Of a stretch of 32,000 nucleotides of DNA, positions 21,145-30,877 are shown in pieces (the stretch's first letter is position 1; the number at the start of each line of letters is the position of its first letter). The notes beneath the pieces are model-generated. The model made no database searches. It was not told the origin of the DNA and saw nothing but the letters and a program-made list of their open reading frames with translations. Origin of the DNA: Candidatus Saccharimonadota bacterium (GTDB lineage Bacteria > Pseudomonadota > Alphaproteobacteria > Rickettsiales > Anaplasmataceae). The stretch is from NCBI RefSeq assembly GCF_025021925.1, contig NZ_CP092368.1, positions 360,001-392,000 on the forward strand. The letters are read 5' to 3'. Position numbers and translations under genes: made by a program.

Positions 21145-21426
21145 TTATTGATTTTCTAATATTTCCTCCATTACTATTACTCTACTGCTACTTCTAGTCA
21201 GAATAATAATGTTATTATCCACATTAATAATATGCATCATATATATATGATAAATAAAAATGATATAGTGATAACGCAACTTAAGGAGTGGTGAAGTTTT
21301 TTGTAAAATGATGGATGATATAGCGAATAATATTAGATTATGGATTGAGAATATCATTCTATACTTAAGTAATAGTCGAGATATTGAAACTGTAATTATA
21401 AAAATGCATGAATGTATCAATTTCAA
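21145..21426 (-). CDS. Hypothetical 93-codon hydrophobic ORF (TTG start; first ATG gives 70 aa); possibly spurious
   Basis: This is the only ORF of 60 codons or more in the miaA-lepA spacer. An open frame this long is unusual in such AT-rich DNA. However, it has no recognisable motif, an I/L/F/Y-rich composition typical of T-rich-strand artefacts, and a TTG start. Confidence 0.15.
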   Translation of the reverse strand: MKLIHSCIFIITVSISRLLLKYRMIFSIHNLILFAISSIILQKTSPLLKLRYHYIIFIYHIYMMHIINVDNNIIILTRSSSRVIVMEEILENQ

Positions 21427-21428
21427 TG

Positions 21429-21473
21429 AAGTATAAATTACTACAATATTGTTTCTTATAGTAATTTATACTT
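21429..21473. repeat. 15-bp perfect inverted repeat (AAGTATAAATTACTA / TAGTAATTTATACTT) with a 15-nt spacer
   Basis: Read directly: 21429-21443 pairs perfectly with 21459-21473, with the spacer at 21444-21458 (caatattgtttctta). It sits in non-coding DNA. The TAA of a 42-codon plus-strand ORF (21308-21436) lies inside the left arm. Confidence 0.6.
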
Positions 21474-22292
21474 AAATATATCAGAATGAGGAAAAAGAAC
21501 AAGACCTGTATATCTTATAGAACAATTTAATATCGATCAACAACAAAGACATAAAAAAATACAAGAATGTTAAGATGAATAAAAATTCCTATCTTCATTT
21601 TCCATTTACATAAATTTAGTAAAAGTACTTGAAGCAACTCGTACTAAAATATTTAAATAATGTATATCTTACCATAATGACTAAAATGCATGATTAATAT
21701 GCGTTATGGTATATATTCAGGATAAAAACATATTGTATTTGTTAAGTCTTGCTGGAAAGTGCATTGAATAATATATCATGAGCTAGATTTAGATTTACTG
21801 ATCTACATGAGATTACTTGGAGTTCATCTTCGTTATTATTAGAAAAACTGATAAAAATATGAAGTAATACATCAAATGACTGCGTGTAGTGATTTAAAAC
21901 AATAGATCAGATTCTGATCGAATATATTGCACATTTTTTTCATTATCAAACAAATAATGAGATTCTTATCTCTTTGTAGAGATTGCACTAGTAGATAAAA
22001 TTGCAGATAGGATGCAGACTTTTTTAAATGAATCATTATTATCAAATTATCCTAGCAGTGTAAATACTGCCATATTGGCTTCAATATCAAATATGCAAAT
22101 AGATTATCTGGAGAGAGTCTTGGAAATTTTTTAATTCATCAAGTTGTTGAAAAATTCTCATAAGAATAGAAATGTATTACATCTGATGCAACCTTCTCTA
22201 GAGTACCTGGATTTGTAAATATGTTATAATATATTGTATCATTACAAATTATTGATATCAAACAATCTCATAAAGAAATTTTAGAGAGCATA

Positions 22293-22320
22293 GATTACAT
22301 GAAACTAATTTCATGTAATC
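22293..22320. repeat. 12-bp perfect stem / 4-nt loop hairpin (GATTACATGAAA ctaa TTTCATGTAATC)
   Basis: Read directly: 22293-22304 pairs perfectly with 22309-22320. It lies about 230 bp upstream of the lepA ATG. No U-tract follows on either strand. Confidence 0.6.
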
Positions 22321-22552
22321 AAATATAATACAAGATACTTGATTTCAGTAATATACATACTCTTTCTTGATAAAAATATAGTAATGGTCATGCAAATGAT
22401 TTGATAGATAAAATCCTTTATTATTCTATAGAAGTAACTTCTACATTAACATAATCATAACAATTATCTTTTTTATAGGTAATATAATTACTCTATCAAT
22501 ACTACAATGTATACAATATATTAAATAGAGCAATGAAAATCAGTAATTGATA

Positions 22553-24349
22553 ATGAATAACATAAGAAATTTTGCAATAATAGCCCATATAGATCATGGT
22601 AAATCAACTCTTGCAGATCGTTTAATTCAGGAATGTAATGACCTAAGAGAAGAAGAAATGATCAATCAAATGCTTGATACTATGGACATAGAACGTGAAA
22701 GAGGTATCACAATTAAAGCACAAACAGTGAAGTTAAATTACACGTGTGATAGTGGTAAACAATATTGCTTAAATCTGATAGATACTCCAGGTCATGCTGA
22801 CTTTTCATATGAAGTAAGTCGTAGCTTAGCAGCATGTGAAGGGTCTCTTTTAGTAATAGATAGTAGTCAAGGTATAGAAGCGCAAACTCTTGCAAATGTA
22901 TATAAAGCACTTGATCATAATCATGAAATAATAATCATTCTTAATAAAATAGATTTACCTTCTGCAGAGCCCAATAAAGTAAAACAACAGATTAAGGAAC
23001 TCATTGGACTTGATACTAGTGCAGCACTTTTAATATCAGCTAAAACTGGATTAGGAATCAAAAATGTACTTGAAGCAATCATAAGAAGAGTACATCCACC
23101 ACAAGGTGATGCTCATGCTCCATTACAAGCACTTGTCATTGATAGTTGGTACGACTCTTATATAGGAGTAGTAATTTTGGTGAGGATTAAGAATGGAATA
23201 CTCAAAAAAGGTATGACAATTGTTATGATGTCTAATCATGCTACATATCAAGTAGATAATATAGGCATCTTCACACCTAAAAAAGTAATACAAAATTCAC
23301 TGACAGTAGGTGAAGTAGGATTTATTATTGCTGCAATTAAGGAAGTAAAAGACTGTAGAATAGGAGAAACTATTACTGAAGCACAAAGACCTTGTAGTAA
23401 TAGATTACCAGGATTTCAAGAAATACGACCTGTAGTATTTTGTAGTATTTTTTCTAATACACATGATAAAATTAAATATCTAAGAGAGGCACTAGAAAAA
23501 TTACATTTAAATGATGCAAGTTTTACTTTTGACTCTGAAACTTCAAATGCATTGGGTTATGGATTTCGTTGTGGTTTTTGTGGTATGCTACATCTAGAGG
23601 TAATTCAAGAAAGATTAGAACGAGAATTTGATTTAGATATTATAGCAACAGCACCTAGTGTAATATACAAAATCATATTACAAGATGATACAGTATTAAA
23701 TATTCATAATCCACATGATATGCCAGATGTAGCAAAGATTAAAATAGTAGAAGAACCATGGATTCTTGCTACTATCATAGTACCTGAACAATATTTAGGA
23801 GCAATTTTATCTTTATGTGAAGAAAGAAGAGGTAGGCAACAGGACTTATCTTATGAATCTCATACAACAGTGATATTATGTAAATATCATTTACCATTGT
23901 CTGAAGTTATTTTTGATTTCTATGATCGATTAAAATCACTTTCTCAGGGATATGCAAGCTTTGATTGGGAAATATTAGGTTATCAAGCAAGTGAAATAGT
24001 CAAATTAAGCTTTTTAATTAATGGTCAATCTTTAGATCCACTAGTCTGTCTTATACACAAAAGTAGAGCCTATAAAAGAGCACGTGAAATCTGTATACGT
24101 TTAACAGTCTTAATACCTCGTCAACAATATAAAATTGCAATTCAAGCATCATTAGGTAGTAAAGTGATTGCACGAGAAACGATTAATCCATATAGAAAAG
24201 ATGTGACATCTAAACTATATGGTGGAGATGTAACACGAAGAATGAAACTACTGGACAAGCAAAAAAAAGGTAAAAAAAAGTTACATTCTATAGGAAATAT
24301 TAAGATACCAAAACAAGCTTTTATTTCCTCTTTAAAAATAAATGATTAA
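22553..24349 (+). CDS. lepA: Translation elongation factor 4 (LepA)
   Basis: [21 protein letters not shown] (G1), DTPGHADF (G3), NKIDLP (G4), and the LepA-specific C-terminal domain ending in [21 protein letters not shown]. The track ORF opens on TTG at 22547; the ATG is at 22553. Confidence 0.96.
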   Translation: MNNIRNFAIIAHIDHGKSTLADRLIQECNDLREEEMINQMLDTMDIERERGITIKAQTVKLNYTCDSGKQYCLNLIDTPGHADFSYEVSRSLAACEGSLLVIDSSQGIEAQTLANVYKALDHNHEIIIILNKIDLPSAEPNKVKQQIKELIGLDTSAALLISAKTGLGIKNVLEAIIRRVHPPQGDAHAPLQALVIDSWYDSYIGVVILVRIKNGILKKGMTIVMMSNHATYQVDNIGIFTPKKVIQNSLTVGEVGFIIAAIKEVKDCRIGETITEAQRPCSNRLPGFQEIRPVVFCSIFSNTHDKIKYLREALEKLHLNDASFTFDSETSNALGYGFRCGFCGMLHLEVIQERLEREFDLDIIATAPSVIYKIILQDDTVLNIHNPHDMPDVAKIKIVEEPWILATIIVPEQYLGAILSLCEERRGRQQDLSYESHTTVILCKYHLPLSEVIFDFYDRLKSLSQGYASFDWEILGYQASEIVKLSFLINGQSLDPLVCLIHKSRAYKRAREICIRLTVLIPRQQYKIAIQASLGSKVIARETINPYRKDVTSKLYGGDVTRRMKLLDKQKKGKKKLHSIGNIKIPKQAFISSLKIND

Positions 24350-24550
24350 TGTAATATATAGCAAAATCTATTCAGTCTTATATATATACAGAATCATATA
24401 AGGAATGAATTTTAATAGTGCCTAGAATTATCTAGTATTAGATATCACATGACGCATAATTGTATTATTAATTATAGATTTTCAAGATTAAGATTACTAA
24501 AGACATTTTTTAATAAGATTATTTTTCCGACTATCAAGAACATTAGTATA

Positions 24551-25618
24551 TCATTTTTGCAACAATGCAATTAAGTGAGAAAGACTCATTTGCTTTTTTA
24601 TAAGAATATTAATAACTTTTATAGCAGCATATAATCCATCATCATAATTTAGTTCAGAAAAAAAAAAGTGTCCTTTTAATGTACCTGCAAACTTAGCTTC
24701 TTTATTAATCATTTTTTGACGTATTATTGTATGATTATTAGTACATGTAATCACTTTTCCTTGTAATGAGGAGATAAAATCGTGTATCTTCATACTCATT
24801 TTTGTATTTGCTATTACTGTACTGCCTGGATGTAATTCAAGTATTTCACATGCGAATAATAGAAATAAATGATTGTTAGAAACGATATTAGCCTTATTAT
24901 CAATAATACATAGTCGATCACTATCACCATCTAATGCTATTCCTAAATCGCATTTATGTGTCTTGACTATCTTAAGTAATTGAGAAAGATTGTTTTTTAT
25001 TGGATTTGGTGCATGTAATGGAAATGTACCATCAATATCATTGTTAGTGATAATATTAGTATTATCAGGTAAGATATAGTGTAGATTACTTATTATAGCA
25101 CTGATTGGACTATTTCCACAATCCCATGCTATTTTAAGCTTTTGTGTCGTATTATGTGTTAATGCACGATTTAATATACGAATATACTCACTATATATAT
25201 TCATATTAATTATACTACCTAGTGTGATGCATTTTTTTATTGGTCTGTTTAGAATCTTATATATCTCTTGCATTGAGAATGCATGGTTATTACTAAAGAA
25301 TTTAAATCCATTATATCCTCTTGTATTATGTGATCCAGTAATCATAATGCCTATACATGCCTTTGTAATATAAGTTGCAGAATATAACATAGGTGAAGAA
25401 CACAAACCAATTCTGATAATATTGGCGCCTGAAAAGGAAAGACCTCTAATTAATTCCTTTTCCATAGCTGGAGATTCTATTCTGCTATCATATCCAACAC
25501 AAACAGTAGATATATTTTGACCAAACTTATTGCCTAATTTATATGCATCAGCAATATGTAAATCTATACCTAATATACCTCTAATATTGGATTTTTTTAT
25601 AAAAAAATTATCCATCAT
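24551..25618 (-). CDS. Phosphomannomutase/phosphoglucomutase-family protein, C-terminally truncated (domains 1-3 only; possible pseudogene)
   Basis: Alpha-D-phosphohexomutase motifs: N-terminal NIRGILG, active-site loop GIMITGSHNTRGYNGFKFF, and metal loop GIALDGDSDRL. The sugar loop is degenerate (AGTLKGHFFF in place of GEMSGH-type). The ORF stops after about 355 aa, where domain 4 would begin. Only 201 bp remain before the convergent lepA. Confidence 0.75.
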   Translation of the reverse strand: MMDNFFIKKSNIRGILGIDLHIADAYKLGNKFGQNISTVCVGYDSRIESPAMEKELIRGLSFSGANIIRIGLCSSPMLYSATYITKACIGIMITGSHNTRGYNGFKFFSNNHAFSMQEIYKILNRPIKKCITLGSIINMNIYSEYIRILNRALTHNTTQKLKIAWDCGNSPISAIISNLHYILPDNTNIITNNDIDGTFPLHAPNPIKNNLSQLLKIVKTHKCDLGIALDGDSDRLCIIDNKANIVSNNHLFLLFACEILELHPGSTVIANTKMSMKIHDFISSLQGKVITCTNNHTIIRQKMINKEAKFAGTLKGHFFFSELNYDDGLYAAIKVINILIKKQMSLSHLIALLQK

Positions 25619-25799
25619 CTAGAAGAAAATATAGATACTATAATTTGAAATAAAATTGCTTGTATATATTCGTTACTGATTAACATCAAGATACCTACTA
25701 CTTCAATCATTGAACTTTTTATTTTATGTTATACTCTCATATGCATAATAATGTATATTGATCAGTAATAAGAGTATTTTTGTAATTTATTGCTTTTCT

Positions 25800-26573
25800 T
25801 TATTTTTGATATAATTTATTCCATATCTTATAATTTGTGATAAAAAACAATAGGGTTAAAATGATACAATAACTTAATACTTTAAACCCAAGTTTATGTC
25901 TAAGCTCCAATTCTGGTTCTGCTGCCCATTGTAAAAAATTTACTACATCATATGCCATATTTTCTACTGTAGGCTTTTTTTTACCAGGATGATATTCTAT
26001 TATTCCATCATATAATGGAGGAGCCATAGCCAATCTAGCTGTTGGAAAATAAGCATTGAAATATAAGCCATTTTCATCTTGTTCATCATTGATATATCCA
26101 GTAAGCAATGAAAATATATAATTTGCACCATCATGTCTGGCCTTAATAATTAATGAAAGATCAGGTGGAATCACACCATTATTATTGAATGCTGCAGATT
26201 CTTGTGATTCAAAAGGTGGCAGAAAATAATCCGTAGGCATTCCAGGTCTTTCAAACATCTCTCCAATATCATTTGGTCCATCTTTGACTTGATAGGTGTA
26301 TGCAAGCTTTTTGATCTCTTCTGCAGAAAATCCAATGTCTTCTAAATTGCGAAATGCAATCTTATTCATTGAATGACATGTAGCACATACTTCCTGATAT
26401 ACCTGAAATCCACGACGAATCGATTTTCTATTAAAAAACCCAGTCATACCATTAAATGACCAATCTATTTGTTTATTATGTAACAGTTGATATTCTTCTG
26501 AATGAACATCAGAGCTGATATAGCATAACGAAATACTTAAGCATAAAATAATCAAGAAGTTTTTCATAGGCAT
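25800..26573 (-). CDS. petC: Cytochrome c1 (bc1 complex)
   Basis: Signal peptide, heme-binding CATCHS, PPDLS, the AMAPPL region (Met ligand) and a C-terminal TM anchor. It starts 9 nt after the petB stop. Confidence 0.9.
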   Translation of the reverse strand: MPMKNFLIILCLSISLCYISSDVHSEEYQLLHNKQIDWSFNGMTGFFNRKSIRRGFQVYQEVCATCHSMNKIAFRNLEDIGFSAEEIKKLAYTYQVKDGPNDIGEMFERPGMPTDYFLPPFESQESAAFNNNGVIPPDLSLIIKARHDGANYIFSLLTGYINDEQDENGLYFNAYFPTARLAMAPPLYDGIIEYHPGKKKPTVENMAYDVVNFLQWAAEPELELRHKLGFKVLSYCIILTLLFFITNYKIWNKLYQK

Positions 26574-26582
26574 ATTTTTTTC

Positions 26583-27815
26583 TTAATTTTCTTCACCTAT
26601 GACTATATTACTAATAGTCCCTGAGAGTTTTTGCGGATGTTCATATTTGCCTAGAAGAGGTAATATTACTATAAAATATATAAAGTAATAAAATGTAGAG
26701 AACCTACTCATAGAGATATAAGGTTCTGTTACTTCCTGACCTCCTAGCCACATGAGAAATAAAAAATTGGTTATAAACAGCCAAAAAAAAATTTTAAATA
26801 TCTTACGGTAAGTACCACTTTTTACTTGTGACGTATCAAGCCAAGGCAAGAAAAACCAGATAAAAATCGATGCAAACATAGCAATTACACCAAAAAGTTT
26901 ATATGGAATGGATCGTAAAATAGCATAAAAAGGTAAAAAATACCATTCTGGAACTATATGTATAGGTGTAATCATTGAATCAGCTGCTATATAATTATCT
27001 GGATGACCAAGATAATTAGGAGCATAGAAAACAAATGTAAATAATACTATCAAAAATAATCCAAAGGTCACACAATCTTTTGTTAGATAGTAAGGATAGA
27101 ATGGCACAGTATCGCGTTCTGATTGTACTTCAATACCAGTAGGATTACTAGAACCAAATCTATGAAGAGCAATCATGTGTAATATTGCTAAGAATATCAT
27201 CAAGAAAGGTAAAAGATAATGAAGGGCAAAAAAACGATTTAATGTTGCATTACCAACAGAAAAACCGCCTAATAACCATATGACAATTTTATCTCCAATG
27301 AAAGGTATTGCTGAAAATAGATTTGTGATCACTGTTGCCCCCCAAAAACTCATTTGTCCCCAAGGTAGAACATAACCCATAAATGCAGTTGCCATCATTG
27401 CAAAAAATATCATGATACCAATAAACCATACTAGTTCTCGAGGTTTTTTATAGGAACCGTAATACAGACCTCTCATAATATGAAAATATACTACCATAAA
27501 AAAAAGTGATGCTCCAACAGAGTGTAAATAGCGTATTAACCATCCATAATAAACATCACGCATTATATGTTCTACACTATTGAACGCATGATCAATATGA
27601 GGAGTATAATGCATAGCAAGAAAGATACCTGTTGTGAGTTGTAAAATTAGAGAAATTCCTGCTAAGGAACCAAAGTTCCACGCATAGTTTAAGTTCTTTG
27701 GTACTTGATATTGAGCAATATGTTGACAAAAAGATATAATAGGTAATCGATAGTCTATCCATCCTAATATACCCTGTGATCCTTTTGTAGTATTTTTACT
27801 GTGATCTGTATTCAT
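26583..27815 (-). CDS. petB: Cytochrome b (bc1 complex)
   Basis: Paired heme-ligand His motifs ([22 protein letters not shown] and [24 protein letters not shown]) and the [13 protein letters not shown] motif. The track ORF extends to a TTG at 27881; the ATG at 27815 (MNTDHSKN...WIDYRLPI) fits the family N-terminus. Confidence 0.95.
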   Translation of the reverse strand: MNTDHSKNTTKGSQGILGWIDYRLPIISFCQHIAQYQVPKNLNYAWNFGSLAGISLILQLTTGIFLAMHYTPHIDHAFNSVEHIMRDVYYGWLIRYLHSVGASLFFMVVYFHIMRGLYYGSYKKPRELVWFIGIMIFFAMMATAFMGYVLPWGQMSFWGATVITNLFSAIPFIGDKIVIWLLGGFSVGNATLNRFFALHYLLPFLMIFLAILHMIALHRFGSSNPTGIEVQSERDTVPFYPYYLTKDCVTFGLFLIVLFTFVFYAPNYLGHPDNYIAADSMITPIHIVPEWYFLPFYAILRSIPYKLFGVIAMFASIFIWFFLPWLDTSQVKSGTYRKIFKIFFWLFITNFLFLMWLGGQEVTEPYISMSRFSTFYYFIYFIVILPLLGKYEHPQKLSGTISNIVIGEEN

Positions 27816-27826
27816 AAGTATGTACT

Positions 27827-28114
27827 CTATATCAAGATGTATACAATTATCATCAATCCTACTGCAATTATAGTGTAACAATGATTTCTTAAGAATTCAA
27901 ATGAAAAAAACACCTTAATTATGACAACAGGTATTTTATTAAAAAATAATAAGTCTTGATATCTTGTAACTGCTAATAATTTATTAGACTGTATTGATAT
28001 CCCTAATTTGAATATCTTAATCTTCGTTTTCATGAGATAGAGATAATTTATATGGATATTTTTAATTCTTTTACTATTAAAAGTGTTACTTAATAACATT
28101 GAAAAGACATGCAA
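27827..28114 (-). CDS. Hypothetical 95-codon ORF (TTG start) upstream of petB; possibly spurious
   Basis: An open frame occupies the slot where petA normally sits, but no Rieske motifs (CTHLGC, CPCHG) appear in any frame. It is K/I/N/L-rich with a hydrophobic tail and has no recognisable homology. Confidence 0.15.
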   Translation of the reverse strand: MHVFSMLLSNTFNSKRIKNIHINYLYLMKTKIKIFKLGISIQSNKLLAVTRYQDLLFFNKIPVVIIKVFFSFEFLRNHCYTIIAVGLMIIVYILI

Positions 28115-28177
28115 AAAGATTCATGATATGTATATTATATTATTTTATAATGAATAATAATTATTTATGGTAACGAT

Positions 28178-28750
28178 ATGTTTATCCGCATTGAAGACAC
28201 TCCAAATCCAAATACACTAAAATTTCTCCCTGGTTTTAACATTCTTGATGAAGGCATCACTGTATATTTTCTCAATATAGAACAAGTACAACACTCTAAG
28301 TTAGCTTATAAGCTTTTTAAAATAAAATATGTGGCACGAGTGCTTTTTAATCATGATTTTATTGCAATAACAAAAGAAGACAACAATGATTGGGATATAA
28401 TAAAAGTAGATATTTTAACTACAATTGTAGATCATTTTACTGCTGGTGGTACAGTATTAGATAGTAAAACGATAAATGTTTATCAAGAATTAGATGAAAA
28501 ATTTTTTGATAAACAAGATATAGAAATAGTCAATAAAATACAAGACTTAATGGATAATTATATTAAACCATCAGTTACCCAAGATGGAGGTGATATTAAA
28601 TTCAGAGGATATAAAAGTGGAATAGTATATGTTGAATTACAAGGTGCTTGTTCTGGATGTCCTCAGTCTTCTATTACTCTTAAACAAGGAATACAGAATA
28701 TGTTACAATATCATATACCAGAAATTGTAGGTATCGAATCTATAGCATGA
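28178..28750 (+). CDS. Nfu-type iron-sulfur cluster scaffold/carrier protein (Nfu_N + NifU C-terminal domain)
   Basis: The N-terminal domain [19 protein letters not shown] is typical of NFU1-like proteins. The C-terminal NifU domain has DGGDIKF and the CSGCPQS CxxC motif. Confidence 0.88.
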   Translation: MFIRIEDTPNPNTLKFLPGFNILDEGITVYFLNIEQVQHSKLAYKLFKIKYVARVLFNHDFIAITKEDNNDWDIIKVDILTTIVDHFTAGGTVLDSKTINVYQELDEKFFDKQDIEIVNKIQDLMDNYIKPSVTQDGGDIKFRGYKSGIVYVELQGACSGCPQSSITLKQGIQNMLQYHIPEIVGIESIA

Positions 28751-30012
28751 GTGATTACAGAAAAGTCAGAGGTACAAAAGACATATTATTTGATCAGTAC
28801 TATCAGTTTAAATACATTGAAAAAATAGCAAGTCAACTATCTCAATTATATGGCTTTTTACCTGTACAAACTCCAGTATTTGAGTATACAGAAATCTTTA
28901 CAAAAACTCTTGGTAAAACTTCTGATATTATATCTAAGGAAATGTATATCTTATATGATAAAAAAGGTAAGAGTTTGACCTTACGTCCTGAGTTCACTGC
29001 AGCAGTGGTCAGGTTATTAATTGAAAATAATCTCAAAAAACCTATTAAATTATTTTCTACAGGACCAATCTTTCGATATGAAAGGCCACAATACGGAAGA
29101 CAAAGGCAATTTCATCAAATAAATTTTGAAGTATTTGGTATAGCAGAGCCACAAGCTGATGTTGAATTGATTTCATGTGCTCATCATTTATTAACGCAAT
29201 ATGGTATTAGTTCTCATGTACAACTAGAGATTAATTCTCTAGGTGATATTACAACAATGATTAATTATAGACAGGCATTAATATTATATCTTACAAAATA
29301 TCAACATGATTTCTCAGAAGAGAGTTATAAAAGATTCAGAGTAAATCCTTTGAGAATATTAGATTCTAAACATGAAAAAGATCAATTGATTGTCTCAGAA
29401 GCACCTAAGATTAGTGAGTACTACACAACACAATCCTCTTATTTTTTTGAGCAAGTATTAGATGGATTACACAAGCTTAATATACCTTATATTATAAATA
29501 ACAAGCTAGTACGCGGTCTGGATTATTATTGTCACACAGTATTCGAATTTGTAACTCAATCTCTAGGCGCACAAGGCACTGTACTTGCAGGTGGAAGATA
29601 TGATGATTTAGTTACTACTATGGGAGGTAAATATACTCCTGCACTTGGATATGCAGGAGGAATAGAGAGGATTATGGAATTAGTAAAAAACGAACATCTC
29701 AATACAGAACAAATACAATCTATAATTTATTTAGTACCAATTGGTCTAGAAGCTGAGAAATATGCTATGATCCTTGCGGATATTCTACGTAGACATGGTC
29801 TATATATCATATATGAATATAGATTATCTCTGAAAAGGAGAATGCAAAATGCACATCAAAGACATGCGAATATTGCATTAATTTTTGGAGATGAAGAACT
29901 TAAGAATAAAACTATAAAGATCAAATATATGAATATAGGAATAGAAAAAACAATTCTGCAAGATAATATTATTCACGACATTGAGTTAGAGAATCAACAA
30001 AACAAGATCTAA
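28747..30012 (+). CDS. hisS: Histidyl-tRNA synthetase
   Basis: Class II motifs: [31 protein letters not shown] (motif 2), and GGRYD / AGGIERI (motif 3). Its ATG overlaps the upstream stop (ATGA). Confidence 0.95.
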   Translation: MSDYRKVRGTKDILFDQYYQFKYIEKIASQLSQLYGFLPVQTPVFEYTEIFTKTLGKTSDIISKEMYILYDKKGKSLTLRPEFTAAVVRLLIENNLKKPIKLFSTGPIFRYERPQYGRQRQFHQINFEVFGIAEPQADVELISCAHHLLTQYGISSHVQLEINSLGDITTMINYRQALILYLTKYQHDFSEESYKRFRVNPLRILDSKHEKDQLIVSEAPKISEYYTTQSSYFFEQVLDGLHKLNIPYIINNKLVRGLDYYCHTVFEFVTQSLGAQGTVLAGGRYDDLVTTMGGKYTPALGYAGGIERIMELVKNEHLNTEQIQSIIYLVPIGLEAEKYAMILADILRRHGLYIIYEYRLSLKRRMQNAHQRHANIALIFGDEELKNKTIKIKYMNIGIEKTILQDNIIHDIELENQQNKI

Positions 30013-30877
30013 ACTCTCGTGCTATTCCATTCATGATTGCAAGATATGCATCTTTTCCAGGAGCTACATTGAATCCCATAGAGTCAAGAATGACTATTTT
30101 GGCATCTTGAGATAAAATTTTAGGTTTAATATTATTGCTCATATCCCATGAATTAGAAAAAATACATTTTATATTTTCTTGTGTCATTAACCTTTTGATT
30201 TTGATAATGCTCTTGACACCTAAATAAGCATCTTCATCTATATCAAGGATAGCACTTGGGCTATTTAATCTAAAATACTGTTCAAAATACTGATAAGTAT
30301 CATTAGTCACTATATATTTTTGATGCATCACACTCTCTAGTTCAGACATAATCTTTTGTGCTTCTTGATCTATTTTTTTGATCATCTTTAATGCATTAGC
30401 ATGATATTTATAGGCATTCTCACTATCTAACTCAGATAGTGTTGCACTGATACAGTATATCATGTTTTTTGCATTTTCTGGATTCAACCAAAAATTTAAA
30501 TCTTTTTCTGAATCCATAGTAGAGATTAATTGAGATAAAAAATATTTACGATTAGGTAGAAGATTTACAGTATGTGATAATTCTACTATTTTTTTATTTG
30601 TCTTAGCAAAAGTACTAACAAATGTTTCTAAGTGATCATCAATATAAAATATTACATCGCTTGCTGCTAAATACCTTGCATCAGATGGTTTTAATATATA
30701 GTTCTGTAGAGAAGAATGATAAAAAAGTAAGTCTGGTGTTAAAATACCATCTGTTACAGATGATACAAGAGAATGAATTGGTTTAATTGTAGTGACAACT
30801 TTTAAAGTTGATCCAAAAAGAATATTGCAGTATAGTATTGGTAAAATAAATAGAACAGTAGATAGTATATGTCTCAT
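29969..30877 (-). CDS. znuA: Metal ABC transporter substrate-binding protein, cluster A-I (ZnuA/TroA/PsaA family) with non-canonical ligand positions
   Basis: Signal peptide followed by family motifs [29 protein letters not shown] and ILDSMG. There is no His-rich loop. The symbol is given by locus analogy (divergent from the znuC-like ATPase); metal specificity is unknown. Confidence 0.75.
   Translation of the reverse strand: MRHILSTVLFILPILYCNILFGSTLKVVTTIKPIHSLVSSVTDGILTPDLLFYHSSLQNYILKPSDARYLAASDVIFYIDDHLETFVSTFAKTNKKIVELSHTVNLLPNRKYFLSQLISTMDSEKDLNFWLNPENAKNMIYCISATLSELDSENAYKYHANALKMIKKIDQEAQKIMSELESVMHQKYIVTNDTYQYFEQYFRLNSPSAILDIDEDAYLGVKSIIKIKRLMTQENIKCIFSNSWDMSNNIKPKILSQDAKIVILDSMGFNVAPGKDAYLAIMNGIAREFRSCFVDSLTQCRE

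Noticed and set aside
21215-21223. Perfect DnaA-box consensus TTATCCACA in the miaA-lepA spacer, raising the idea of a replication origin
   Set aside because: It is a single perfect box, and only loose TTATC-core matches are nearby. By rough estimate one exact 9-mer is not far from chance expectation for a window of this size and composition. I saw no clustered boxes or adjacent dnaA/hemE-type origin context.
22713-22910. 65-aa minus-strand ORF inside lepA
   Set aside because: It is an antisense shadow ORF within the GTPase domain coding region.
25715-25740. Short palindrome TTCAATcATTGAA followed by a T-rich tract, considered as a terminator
   Set aside because: The stem is only 6 bp with a 1-nt centre. 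The T-tract is on the plus strand, where no gene ends. On the minus strand (petC) it is not followed by U residues.
28842-29036. 64-aa minus-strand ORF inside hisS
   Set aside because: It is an antisense shadow ORF.
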